From: Ancylonema sp.
Lineage: Eukaryota
DNA length: 64,000 nucleotides
Direction of reading: 5' to 3'
Assembly (NCBI GenBank): GCA_050230475.1
Contig: JBFLGF010000007.1
Coordinates: 62,001 to 126,000, forward strand
Made by a program: the position numbers and the translations under genes. Positions 48,397 to 64,000 of the stretch are shown piece by piece; the first letter of the stretch is position 1; every line of letters begins with the position of its first letter. The notes under the pieces were generated by a model, which worked only from the letters and a program-made list of their open reading frames with translations, was not told the origin of the DNA and did not search any database.

Positions 48397-49441
48397 GGTT
48401 TTTTTTGGGAGTGGTGCAATCTCCGGATGTGTACAAAGTGTACAATATGAAACTTCTTCTCTTGTTCTGCTCAAAACAGAATTTGGGTGTCCCAAATTTG
48501 GTGCATTAGGAAGAGGTATCGTTGGGAGTGAAGTTTGTAAGGTTCTCGTTGTGATATCTTTGATGATGTGTGTTTTTTTTTTTTTTTTTTGCGTTTTTTT
48601 TGCCCTTGCATATCACTCACTACTTCCTGGAAATTGTGTGATACTTCAGAACCTTTAAACTTAAATACTAGCATGTTAAACTTGGATTCACACTAGTCAT
48701 CTTCCAATGAGTACTGCAATCTTCCATATGTTTGCAACTACAACGGTAGTGTGCAGTATGCAACTACTTTTGTATATGACTTGTTGGAAAATGAAGTGGT
48801 CAAATGACCAATTCCACATGTTGATATATTTGTCGAACCTCATTGTGGTATGTAAAAGCTCATGTAATGAAGGCTTCCTAATCACAATCGATGCATCTCA
48901 TGATGTCTAACACGTCTGATATGTTATAAAAGTCAATTTGATGCAAGTGCATTTGAGAAACAACAAAAGCAATTAGAACTATGAACTTGCCTTTCGAGCA
49001 TTTTGTACCCCGAGTAATTCCAATGCCAACAAAAAATATTCGCATTTCTCCACAATGGAATTCTATTGACTTTCTCTTCTAAGTATTGCCTAGACGACCT
49101 TGTAGCAAGAAACCAATCCAGATTGTGCAAACGAGTACACAATACCTCCAATCAACAATGACAACATATTCTTCTTGAAACATCTCATGTTCGGTTTCGG
49201 GACTAGCCACTAGAGGCTAGTGACGCGCTTTGCAAAGAAACATGCCTTCATACAAGTAGCAAGTGAATGGGGCGCGTTTCTACAAAACAATCTACAACAT
49301 AGTCCTCTGAAAAAATCCTATCAAAACTTCCTCAATCCCCCCAACCCCCACACACAACCTCAAAACTCCACAACATCTCAACCACACCACAAACTCCCAA
49401 CCCTAAGCCGCCTCCTAACACGACTAGGGCAACCTCAAGCC

Positions 49442-52464
<3,023 letters not shown>

Positions 52465-53614
52465 GGTTGACTGCCATCGGCTGGAGAGAGTCTTGCGAGT
52501 TGATGGCAGTGTGACAGAAAGCAAGAAGACAGCAATCTGGCGGAGTGCAGGGCGCCTCCGGCAAATTCAGATTTGCGCCATGCACGAATCACGCATCGCG
52601 AGATGCAACCATCGATACTAGTATTAGTACTCTGGGGAGAAATAAATACACATCAACACAGTATCAATACCTGACTTAGTTTGAATCGAGGAGATGCGTC
52701 CCTGCCACCTGTCCCCTAGCGCGAGCAGATGGCGTCGGGAAGTTCAAATTTCAACCTCCCCATTTTGAACTTTGGTTTCACCATTTCCCCCGCTGCCTCT
52801 CAGAAGAAGAGCCATTACAGAGTGCAGAGACTCTCACTGTGCGCCTGCAGCACCTCTACGTCCTACACGTTGTTGAGGATATCGTTGGAATATTTTCCGC
52901 TCGTTACCGACCGTTTTGACATGTTTTGAGCGTTAACTAATGCGCCTCATCAGCCAGTGCTACAACCATTTTGTGAGCGCTACACAAGAGGACACGGGAA
53001 ATAAGTGACTTCTGATTGGCGATCACATGGTGAGCGTCCCTGCATCTCTTTGCTGGGTTAAAAAAATAATGTGCACTGTCGTTATGTCACAAGTTACCCT
53101 CATTTCTCATGCTGAAGATGTTTCTTCCTGCAATAACGCAGTCGACGACTGCAGGAACTGTCCGCCAGTCGTAAGATGCCATATATATACATTCGCTAAT
53201 AATCATTAGTCTGTGCAAGATTATTGTAGACTTAAGGCTGCCTGCGTGAACCACCATCATATATTTCATGAACGTAGCCTGTAACACAATTTGTAATATG
53301 AGATGCACAGTAAAGCTTCCTGGCACGCCTTCGTGCATAATATTGTCTGGCGTCTGACCCATCTGCACCCATAGCACTCTCTGGTTGCTGGATCCAGCTG
53401 TAATGAATCCAATTGAACCAAGTCTGTCGACTTCGAATGCTTGACACGCATACCCAACCGCCGCCAGTACCTGACTCCGCCAATCACGCTGGTTGGAGGC
53501 TGATCCGGTTGGCTGGCTGGCTACGAGGATGCTGTCACTGTGCAGCCAGTCTGGTCGCCTTTTCGTGTGGATTCGAATTTGTGTCGGAAATGTTGACGGA
53601 GGGCTTGGTCGCAG

Positions 53615-55480
53615 GCGCAGCGTCTGGAGAGGGCGCAGCGTGCGAAGCTCACCGACTTCCAGAATGCCCAAGTTCTCGGAAACTTCGACCTCCTACGCGT
53701 CATCTTCGTCCACCTTCCGCCATCAGACCGTCAAACCGTGACACTTGTCAACAGGGACTGGAACCACGTGGCCAACAGCCTCCCCACCTGGAAAACGCTG
53801 CACTTCACAGACCCCACCATGAACGCATCAGACATCGCCGGCGTGTGCGCAACCTACCCCCACATCGTCCAAGTCAAAGTCAACGGCCTCGAAACGAGGC
53901 TGGGCATCCAACTCGCCCGCCACTCCGCCCTTTCACACCTCCAATCCCTCTCCCTGCGCCGGATGCCGCTCATGTACGGACCGCCCCTCGTCCTCGACTC
54001 CTTCCCCAACCTCCTCTCCCTCCACCTCGACTGCCCGTTCATGGCAAACGCAGCCGCACTCGACCTGCCCTCCCTCGAGAAGCTCGTTCTTCAAGGCATG
54101 TATCTGACCGACTTCAAATGTCCCAAACTTTTGGAACTGGATGTGAAGAGGTCGTGGCGGTGGGATGAGGACCTGAGGCTGTTGTCGCAGCTGCGGTCCT
54201 TGAGGATTGTGTCCTGTACGGTGAGGCCAGCAACAACTTCTCCTTGTCCTTTTCCTTTTCCTCTTCTTTTGCTTTTTAGGAGGAACATGATCGTGGAGGA
54301 TATTTCTGTGTTGTTTTCACCTGGTTCAGTACAGCCCTGGATCACAGCCGCATCTTTTTTGTTCAGAAATATATGACTTGTGTATTTTTCATTCTGATTT
54401 AGAAAGTATTCATACACAGTTGGTTGTATTGTTCACGAGTGCTTGCAGAACACATATCATTTTTGGCTATTTATCATTTTTGGTCTTGCTATACATTTGA
54501 TAAACATATATGCGGAATGCACCATAGGCTGTTTGTTGCCCCTTCATGTGTACAGTCACTCAATCCTCTACAAGAACCTAAAAGTTATGGTCCCTTCACC
54601 AGATCCTGCACCGGAAAATACATAAATCAGACACATGTCTAATAAATATCGTAGACATTTATTGCACCCCAATTCAGACGACGCAAAACATATCTGCAAT
54701 ATCCCTCAGAATTCCAATGACCGTTCCTCATCACTTTCCTGACTCGAATCCAACCCCATGTCTCCTCCCCCTCACCTCCCCCACAAAAAACAATTCCCGA
54801 CTCGGCCACTCCAAATGAAGACCGCAGATCCGCGTTGGAGACACATGAAGCTCGACCGCGTCCTATCCCTCTTCATCGAGAACTGGGCGGTAGATTTCCT
54901 CGGCCTGCACTGCCCACTAGCAACCACTTGTGAGTTCGGCGGATTCGGAGGCTGGATGAGGCTACGGCTGGATGCGCCCAAGGCTAAGAAACTTGTGGTC
55001 TATACCAAAGGGTGCTTGAAGGCGTGTTTCGACTGTCCTTCGTTGGAGTGGTTGGATGTTGGCGAGGTGGCGAGTTTGGAGGATGAGTTTTGGATGAGCC
55101 TGCCGGAGAAAAGCCCCATGACGTCTCACGTGGTTTCACGGGGGGAATGTGGCATTAATGGGGTGATGACACGTGCTCTCGCACGCCTGAAGAGCTTAAC
55201 TCGGCTGACGGTTCACTCAGTGAGCCTCATTCCTTGCGCTCTCAAATGAGGACGGGTAGAGGTTTTGCAGATCGAAAATTGCAACAATTGGTGGGGTGCT
55301 CTTCAAGAAGACGTTGATGTATGGACCCGGAATTTCCCGAAGTTAAGAAAGATTAGGATCGTAGGGACCCGAGTCGATGCAAGCATCCATAAAATGCTTC
55401 GCGTTCGATGGCCGAAATTTCGTATTGCGTATCTTCACACGTGTGAAGACTCGTCTATAAAGCATCCACAAGTACTTTAG
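53615..55480 (+). CDS. Divergent F-box/LRR protein; first exon not resolved
   Basis: F-box VLGNFDLLRVIFVHLPPSDRQTVTLVNRDWNHVA. LRR-like FPNLLSLHLDCP, LPSLEKLVL, CPKLLELDV, CPSLEWLDV, FPKLRKIRIVGT. Confidence 0.7.
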
Positions 55481-55877
55481 AGCATATAACATTGGGCTCG
55501 GAAGATCGGCGCTGTCGCCATGTGTTTCCCCAACTAGGAGTCTATTGATAGCTTTTGTGAATAGATGGAAGAAGGGAGGTAGAATTTGAACGTACATAAT
55601 GTAGAGCCCCTTGTATTTATAGGACATACATCCGCGTACAAATATATCAATGTCTATAATTGGCTGAAATGTAGGAATGTCAGGGCTACTCAAGTAGAAA
55701 TAAAAAAAGGTAACATGAAGTAGAAGTACAAATTGTTGACAGCGTTTCACTAGGTTGCCATGTCACCGTCCACTCCAACTTGCAGCTTGATAATTTGATG
55801 CAATTTGATGCAATTTGATGCATGTCGGTTCGAAACGTCGCATGTAACACTTGTTTCTTCGTCATACACACTCGAGA

Positions 55878-58800
55878 CTAAACGACGAATTGGTGAAGAA
55901 ACGAAGACATGTCTTGTCTCCCTTCGTGAGCTGCAGCCTCCTCTCTTGCCGTTGCGGGTCGGGCCAGAAAACCGTGGCCACAATTCGGAAACACCTTGAT
56001 CAATACCTTCCCTTTCATCTGTCCCACCACACAACGGTTGCAATTAGGATATGTTCATCGTGAAAGGGCACAACGACACAGAATGTTGTTTTCAAGAACA
56101 AATCTAAATCCAGTAAATCATATCTAAAATAATAGTGTCTGAGTGAATAACCACTTCAAAATAATAGAAAAAGTCCCCCCCAAAATTTGGGGAGTGTAGT
56201 AATTCCATTTATTTTAGTGTGCGGGGAGCCCAACGAAACCCTTTGAGCTCCGGGCTACGCCGGAGCCGAGCCCAAGATCGCGGCTCCGGTCTCACTTCGG
56301 AGCCCGGAGCCAACCTCCGAGCCCGGAGCCCAAGATCCGGGCTCGGAGCTTACCCGGAGCCCGGCTCGGAGCCCAAAATTCACAAAAAAAAACAAACAAA
56401 CAAATATTACATATTTTTTCTCTTGATGATCTGGCCATAGGATCCGTTTGCTTCCCCGTTTTTTTCATGAATTTATGAATCATGGGCTCCGAGCCTGGAT
56501 CTGAGCCCGGATCCGAGCCCGGATCTTACGCTCCGACATGGGCTCCGACGTTTAGCTCGGAGCCGGAGGAAAAACACCCCTTTGGGCTCCGGGCTCAACG
56601 AGCCCGGATCTTGGACTCATTGGGCTCATTGGGCTCCGCACACTAAATTATTTACATGAATGACTTGTCTAAAATAATATTTTCTCTCCCCCCCAAAAGT
56701 ACTATTTTAGAGAAGTTATACTATACTCAATTAAACCAAAGTGGCAAATGGAAGTGTGCTCACTTGTCACATCATCCCAATTAACCAATATAGAAACTAT
56801 TGGCGCAAATAACATTGAAAACCACTTCCTGTCTCAAACCATTTTTTCCTTCTTACCTGCACCTTCTTTTTCAAGATCGATCTCCATTGCTCCACTTGGT
56901 CGAGAGGCGTGACCTCATCCTCATCTCCGATCAAGACCGCCAATGGAGTTGTGATTGCTGTCATCGAACAATATGTTCCATTAACATAGTGAACATTGAG
57001 TGTACGAGAAAACTTATTGCGTTGCATCGCATGCAATCATCTCGCGATCCGATTCATATATTTGACCTATATACCTTGACCTATTTGACCTATTGACCAT
57101 ATATTTAACCTTTTAAGAACAGAAAAAAATTGCGTAACAGGCGTGATTTTTTTATTTTTTTTTGCGATACGAACATTCACAAATGATTGTTAATACGGCC
57201 GTGTTCATCGGTTTTTCTTCGCCTTATTCAAATCGGCTCCCACTCACCCTCAATATCGTCATTTGTAACTTTTGCCGGATGTGCCATGACTATGGCGCAA
57301 ATGCCGTTCATCTTCACCACTAGACTAGCTGCAATAATAAAGTAAAAAAACACACGAGTACAAACCTTCATGATCCAATCGGGTGTCCACCAATAATCAT
57401 GCAAAACTTTGTAAACTCTTTTTCTTTTAGTTTAGTACCTTCCAAGGATGTATCTATCGTGGTCTTAATTGACTAGAGGACCAACCGTGAAAATGGAATA
57501 GGGGGAGTTCAGAAAAGGAGAAACAATATGTATCGATCAAAGACAAATATTTGAATCAACTCTCATAATGCAACAAAGTGTCGCTCGAACGCCCTCCACC
57601 TTCGCGTCATTTGCGCTTGTAATTTGGCCACAGTTTGCATCAACCCCTCCACTTGTATTCCAACCCTAGCAGTTGTCCATACCACAAAATGAAAAAGTTA
57701 CATAGAAATTACCTCCCCAACAGAACCCAGCCGCCGTCACTTTCGAGATCCCTCGTAAGCTCAACTCTCCTACCAACCCCCACGCCTCTTCCAATGAAAG
57801 CCTCTGCGAATACACAACGAGGTCAACGAACGAACAACCTCAAGAAACCCATTTTGATTCGCCTATCTTTATAGGTTCTATATAATGTGCTACTCTTTTT
57901 ACATAAACACAACTGATTGCGCACAATCATGGCAAAAGTACAGCGTAAGATTCGGGCTCTCAATAAAGAACCGTATGTTACAAAATCAACTGCTTTGCAT
58001 CAACTGAAACTGCCAAACAATTAAGTATAGAATTGAATACCGAAAACACCCCCTCCCACCCCACTTCGTTGCACCAAATCCATCTCAAAGACGTTACTAT
58101 GAAGCTCGCTCTCTAGGTTCTATCGTTACACGTAACAAGGAAGGAAGACAATCGCAAACTAATGGGCCCAAACATCACAAGCCCACTCATTTGCGCACGC
58201 TTACGCGGAAATCCCCCACAACGGTAGTGCGACAGGGTGGAGAGGAATAGACATTAAATAAAGAACAAGGAAGAATAAAAGTAAACAATGAAGGGCGGAG
58301 GTTTGCTCTCTCTTACCGCATCGTGTCTTTCGAACCACGTCGCTCTAACCGCCGGGTCCATGTCGGGAACAATCGGATCCCCGTGAAAGAAATCGGGTAC
58401 CACCACAAAGAATCCTCTTTCTGCCATCCAATCCGCTAACCGTCTACTCACCAAAGGGAACCGGGGCGCGGGTTCCGCGGGGTGGGGGGTGGAGGATGGG
58501 GGGTGGGGGGTGGGGGACGAACGTGGCCCAACATGGGGTGACTAAATGAAATGTTTTGCACATACTCGACATTTTTAGTTGAACGAAGATGGATCTCAAA
58601 TGTCTACTCGTAATTATTTGTCAAAATGGCAAAGGATGTTGTAAAGTCCCATAGATTCGGAATGGCACATCTAGCGAAATACATGGTGCCTCCTAAGTAT
58701 TGCGATTCTTAGCAAATCATGTCTCAAAGTATACACACTTAATCTGGAGTTTGGGAGGTGTGGAGGTTGGCAGTGACACTCAGAATGTTCCATGCAAGGA

Positions 58801-59598
58801 GTGCACAACGGTTGATTATTTCTTAACATGAAAAACAAGGGAAAAAACGATAAAAATAACATCCCAAATTTTGGAGGCGGGTTCATAGGTTGCACCTGAA
58901 TTCAGGGACTTGAAAACCTGCCACAGAAAAAGTCCAAAAAAAAAAGTTGAAAGCTGAAAATTCGAGGTATTCAATTTCATGACGGTATTATTCCACTAAA
59001 ACTTTATCATCCTATATTCAACTCTTGCCCTCGCCCATACTCGTGTGATTTTTGTCGTTTGATGTTGTAGCGGTCGGGAGAAAGCGGTTGTTATTCGAAA
59101 TAACAAGAGGTGTCTTCACACACGAAAACCACAAGGAGGATACGAGAAATAGAGAGATGCATTGTCTACTTTGACTTTGCGTATATTTGACATTCAAGGA
59201 CACTATTTGGCTACATATGAATGGATTGAACAGACTAGAACATAGATTTGACTGAAAAGATTAGGCGTGCGCATATATGAAGACTACAGTGAAGTCGACC
59301 ATTTTCTCCGATAGCCTTTTACATTTGGTCATATGTTACACGACTTTTGCAGTCGTAAGTGAAGAACTGTGACTACTGTTTCAATAATGGAGTTTAAATA
59401 CCCGTGACTGTGTGGTTGCCCAAAAACCCGTTTACTTCTTGAACATATCTATACTCATATCAGTCTTTAGTAGATACATGTTAAATTGGATACATGTATG
59501 GTTACACACAAGTGTATGCTTGAGTACACGTGTGGAGACATGTATGGACACTCGAATGGAAGGACTGTAGGCGTAAAAATCTATCACATGGATGTGTA

Positions 59599-59633
<35 letters not shown>

Positions 59634-60389
59634 GTATGTGTGTGTGTATGTGTGTGTGTGTATGTGTGTGTGTGTACATACATACACGCACAACGCACGT
59701 AAGTGTCCGGTACTTTTGATTATATGACCTTCTATATTTCATGAATATAATTATTGACCACCCATATGACGGTATGTACATAACATGATGCCCAAACCGC
59801 TGTTCGATTACTGCATGTAAGGCATCTGGCATCTGGCATCTTTCAAAATGCGGGTTCAAATTAGAAAAAAAAACGTAACCAAATTTGACGAGAAACATTG
59901 ACATGACAAGAGAAAAGTCAAAATAATAGAAATCAGAGACACTGGCATGTTGAAACCAGACAACATATATAGTGAGACCAGATTACACCTGGACCATCCA
60001 TTCCGAACCCTCACCATGACTCTGGGTGGGTAACAACATCAGAGATCGAGCACGTGCCACTTTTTTTATTTTATGTCATACTTGGGTCAAGGGGATTTCC
60101 TAGGGATGCAGGGCTTCATCGTTTCATAGTTTTATAGTCAGCCCCATAGATTATGACGCAGGGAATGCCACAACCGTAAGAAGCAAGTGCTACGGGATGA
60201 GGATGAGAGGAGGGGGCCGGTAGGAAGAATCTGCATACCGAATACATCAGATGCAAAAATAATCGCAGATTCGGCCGCCTCAGATCCCGCCACGTACACA
60301 TCCAGGGGGCCCCACCGCTCCTCCTTTCCAGACCCCACGTAATTGGACACTGAATTGGCGCGCCCAATGCATGCAGCGTGATTGGTCAT
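55878..60389 (-). CDS. Dienelactone hydrolase family protein (plant endo-1,3;1,4-beta-D-glucanase-like), 7 exons
   Basis: Spliced product AIIFASDVFG|FQVPEFR|RLADWMAERGFFVVVPDFFHGDP|...AAGFCWG|...MAHP...|...IGDEDEVTP...|KVFPNCGHGFLAR. Cys-Asp-His triad intact. Stop at 55878-55880. Confidence 0.9.
56215..56645. mobile_element. hAT-type MITE in the last intron of the hydrolase gene
   Basis: TIRs TAGTGTGCGGGGAGCCCAA / TTGGGCTCCGCACACTA. 8-bp TSD atttattt / aattattt. Many GGAGCCC/GGGCTCC subterminal motifs. Confidence 0.85.
59593..59680. repeat. (TG)n/(TATG)n microsatellite
   Basis: Directly visible in intron 1 of the hydrolase gene. Confidence 0.9.
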
Positions 60390-60635
60390 GTTCGTTGCGA
60401 CTGCCCAGCGTATTCGATTTTTTTTGGTTATTCGCGAAAATATATCAATTTGACTTGCAGTCAGGAATTCAGCGCACTGGTGACTTGTTTCTGTACCCTC
60501 GTACAACTGCCACGTGATGCAGTGGTCAGGCACTTGCCAACTCAACAGAGACAAAATTGGTTCTGGCCGACGATATATTCATTCAGGCGGATCACAGTAA
60601 AACTTCTTTTAATAAATAATATCGGGACCGACAAC

Positions 60636-60792
60636 TAGGGATGGGGCGCAACCCCAAACCCCTTTGGGTTGCGTGTTGTTGTTTTTTTCGCAACCCCACG
60701 CAACCCCACCCAACCACACGCAACCCCAAGTAGCAACACGCAACCCCAAAAAGCAACACGCAACCCCGAAAAGCAACACGCAACCCCAAAAA
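60636..60792. mobile_element. Left end of a hAT-like element with tandem subterminal repeats
   Basis: TAGGGATGGGGCGCAACCCC followed by repeated CAACACGCAACCCCAAAAAG-like 20-mers. No right end found. Confidence 0.5.
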
Positions 60793-61784
60793 ACCTCCCA
60801 AAAAAGGGTTTTCACCCGCAAATTATGCATACGAGTTTGGAAACAAATTTATGATACTTGTAATGCGAGTTGAGCGTTCTTATTAGTAACGCACTGCACA
60901 TGAGAAATATACAATCATGAAGGTAGTTCGATAATCTCACTGTAAACATAACTTGTATTTATTTTGCATGTCGATTTTTTATGCCTTTGAAGTCGATTTT
61001 CGGCTTTGATTAAATAGTTGGTTTTATTTACTTGCAAGTGTCTTCATCCATAATGCAACAAACGTCTGTATATTTTTCCAATATCTTGATTCAAACCTTT
61101 TGAATCGTTCAACTCGTGTTACTCCGTATACGTGTTACTCCACAACAACAATTCCCATTTCTTCACTATTTTGAAGGATTAAATAGCCGTCGGTCGTTCG
61201 TCACATATAACCTTGTATTGTAAAGTTAACGTACTAATTCACAATGTTACCATTTCATGGGAGTGTGACACCATTGCAACGCCTTGGAGTATATCGACAA
61301 AAAAAATCAATACTTGGGGCCATTGTGTGAGTAATGTTTTTAGGTGGGGAATCATAAATTTTATACAACTCTATGGTGGCACATGTATAACAAGGTTCTA
61401 CTAATCAACTATCCCATATTGTAGGCAAGGAGGTCAGCAATGCTAATGGACGGCATCTTCTAGTCGCCAAAGAGGGACTCAAGAGTGATTTTCGGTGAGC
61501 CCGTCAATACATCCTCATCTTCATCACACTCTTCACTCCAACCCCCGGCAAACAAAGCTCCAGGCTTTGTTTGTTTTTTTGTTTGTTTTGCCACCGCCAC
61601 TAGGACGTTGTACGAAGTGTACCCCACACTTGACCAAAGCGTCTACAAACTGGCTGCAGACCTTTTCTCCACTAGGAAATACCGTTGGGGAACTAGATAT
61701 ACGTGAATTACTAGAGCCTCAATCGGAGCTCTCGGGAGCTCCACCTCCGCTACTTTTATCGGCTATGGCTCCCTCCCCACACTA

Positions 61785-61956
61785 CAGTGAGACGTGTCCT
61801 AATTAATATTGTGCTAATTAATAATCTGTCTTAACTGATAGGAAAATTTCAGCCCGATTTTGGATAATCACCCATAATCTACATGTTAATTAATAACCTG
61901 CACTAATTGATCATTTTTCTTGGTCCCGACAATATTAAGTAAGACAAGTTTTACTA
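61785..61956. mobile_element. pogo/Tc1-mariner-like MITE
   Basis: TA|CAGTGAGACGTGTCCTAATTAATATT ... AATATTAAGTAAGACAAGTTTTACTA|TA. The right end is tandemly duplicated at 61972-62000. Confidence 0.55.
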
Positions 61957-62047
61957 TACAAATCGTTCACCAAGACAAGTTTTACTGTACCAATCGTTCA
62001 ATGGTCAGCACATTTTAGTGCTAAATGTGGAACTTTGAAGAAGCTTC

Positions 62048-63628
62048 TGTTAGAATGAATAATGTCGCAACATTGATTTGTCGACGGATTGTCGATTTGC
62101 TGTTTGTTTTCATCGATATTACAATAAATTGTTGTAATGTCGATAAGTTGCTAAGTAATTTGGTGTGAGCAAATCAGATGTATGTGTGAATGTCGGTACC
62201 AAGTTAGGGGTTTGGATTCGAAAACATCGAGAAATGGTGATGTTTTGAATAGAGCAAACTTATCTTTTAGAGTCTGCCGACGTGGATATCTAGTCACACA
62301 TGTCATTCTATCGATAGGGTTGGGCACGATTGTGCCAGACATTGCTCGGAGTGTATGTAAGTCGGCTTTCGGCGAATACTCAATAATTCTGTCGCACCAA
62401 AATTTCGGCTTTGCAAGTGTTCTTTGCTTTGCGTGTATTTGCATGGAGAAGTCTACTATCGTTGAGTTCTACCTGAACTTAGTCGATCCACTTCCAGAAA
62501 ATGTCTGGAAGTCAACATGGTACCAGAGCGAGTGAAGGCGGCATTAGAGCCGGCCTGATTTTGAGGGAGGTCAACTGGGCCCCATGGTAAACAAGATGAA
62601 AGCCGGTCTCCTAGTCAATGGAGTCGTGGACATTGTCGACGGGACGAGAGTGCGTCCGGGCCCACTACCTACCGCTATCATGGGCACATGTGGTGTGGTC
62701 ACGAATCAGGCTGCGATCGACACGATGAAAAAGGTCGGAACAGATTGGGACCGAGAAGCTGCAAAGGCAGCTTGATTATGCAGAGTCTGAGTGACGACAT
62801 ATACATGGTCATCGACTCGGTTAGCACGAATCCCAAAGGAATCTGGACCCGGCTAGTGGCTCGTTTTTGAGCGTATCATGGCCACCAAAGCGGATCGAGC
62901 TGAGAAGGCTGTGCTCTCTTTCGAGCACAAGCGAGGTGAATCTGCCGATGAGACGATTACCCGGTGGGACATCATCGAAAAGAAGGCGAAGACGCAGGGG
63001 TGTGCTTTAAGTGCTGGTACTTTGCGACGTGCGCTTCTTGCAAGGTGCAATGATCAATACAGAGGCATTAAGCAGGCAATCAACAATTACATTGGCCCCG
63101 CGACATTGGCCCCGTGACATTGGCCCCGTACCGGACATCGATTGGATCAAAGAGCGTTTGCGAGACGACGATTCGGAACTTCGCGCGCAGAAAGGCTCCA
63201 GTTCGGGTAATTCGGGTACATCTGGCAATGAAGCGTTGCAAGCGCAAATGGAGGCCTTGTGGCACCAGTACGGCGGCAAAGGTGGCAACGGTAGCGGACA
63301 GAGGTTCGATCGCAAGGAGAAGGGAAGGGCTGACGATGGCGGAGGTTACAAAGGCAAAAAGAACAAGACTTGTTACGGCAACACAAGTCACTTCGCAAAT
63401 CAATGCAAATTTAAGAAGCTGACGTGTCGCAATTGAAAGTTCAGATTGCTACGATGACAGAGAGCGAGCTCTGTCAGCCGATTCTGGTCTGGCGGGTGGT
63501 GCACGTGGGCGTCATTTTCCCTGGCGTTTTCGAGGGATTCGCAGCGCAACTCACTTTCAATCTGCTTCACCGACGGTTGGGGCATTCAGGGGTCGCCATG
63601 ATGGAGCAGATGGTGCGGGAGCGGATGG
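62048..63628 (+). mobile_element. Truncated Ty1/copia element 3 (5' LTR, PBS, decayed gag, pre-integrase motif)
   Basis: LTR TGTTAG...TCAACA (62048-62517). PBS TGGTACCAGAGC (tRNA-iMet type) at 62518. Gag-like text with a decayed knuckle and LHRRLGH. No protease motif seen. Confidence 0.75.
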
Positions 63629-63705
63629 TGTCATGACGCTAGAGATCGCTAAGGCGAAACCCCTCTAGATTGATCAAAAACCCCTCTAAATTAATACTCT
63701 GCTAT
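63629..63705 (+). repeat. 5' end of repeat A, abutting the break in copia 3
   Basis: tgtcatgacgcta.agatcgctaaggcgaaacccctctagattgatc matches 41890 onward. Confidence 0.85.
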
Positions 63706-64000
63706 TACTACCTCATGATTTTTGGTGCATTTTTATGTTTTGCTCGCTTCTTTGCAAACTGTTTTCTTTTTATTTATATACAATTAGTTGAAGGAAATGA
63801 TTGTGTCTTTTTTATAATTATCGTATGCTTATCTCCGTTCCATACAATTTTCCTCATTCCTATTTCCGAATATAAATCCATGTGAAAATGTTGCGAGAAT
63901 ATGTTTTCACCCGTAATCTAATGGCACTTGACGTATGCTTCGACCTTGTATTTTCTATTTCAAATCGTGTTCTCAAAGATCTAACACTACTTTCATATTA

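Noticed and set aside
60700..60792. CRISPR-like array
   Set aside because: Tandem 20-mers without unique spacers, in eukaryotic context with no cas genes.

Overview
Eukaryotic nuclear DNA with GT-AG introns and plant-type genes, most consistent with a streptophyte alga or early-diverging plant (inference). Genes: UPL3/KAKTUS-type HECT E3 ligase, two F-box/LRR genes, an intronless embryogenesis-like protein, a CCCH zinc-finger ORF, a GH3 beta-xylosidase, a glyoxalase/VOC gene, the lipocalin TIL, a probable plastid membrane protein and a dienelactone-hydrolase-family gene. Several hAT and pogo-like MITEs are also present. The centre (about 24.1-43.5 kb) is a nested retroelement complex in which two related Ty1/copia insertions interrupt a host element. 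With the copias removed, the host reads as one Gag(zinc knuckles)-aspartic protease-coiled coil-C5 DNA methyltransferase-like polyprotein. Its DNMT-like domain lacks the catalytic Pro-Cys, no RT, RNase H, integrase or tyrosine recombinase is visible, and its repeats are arranged A...B-A-B. That host element is the best candidate for an undescribed system. All domain calls are by-eye motif recognition; no searches were run.
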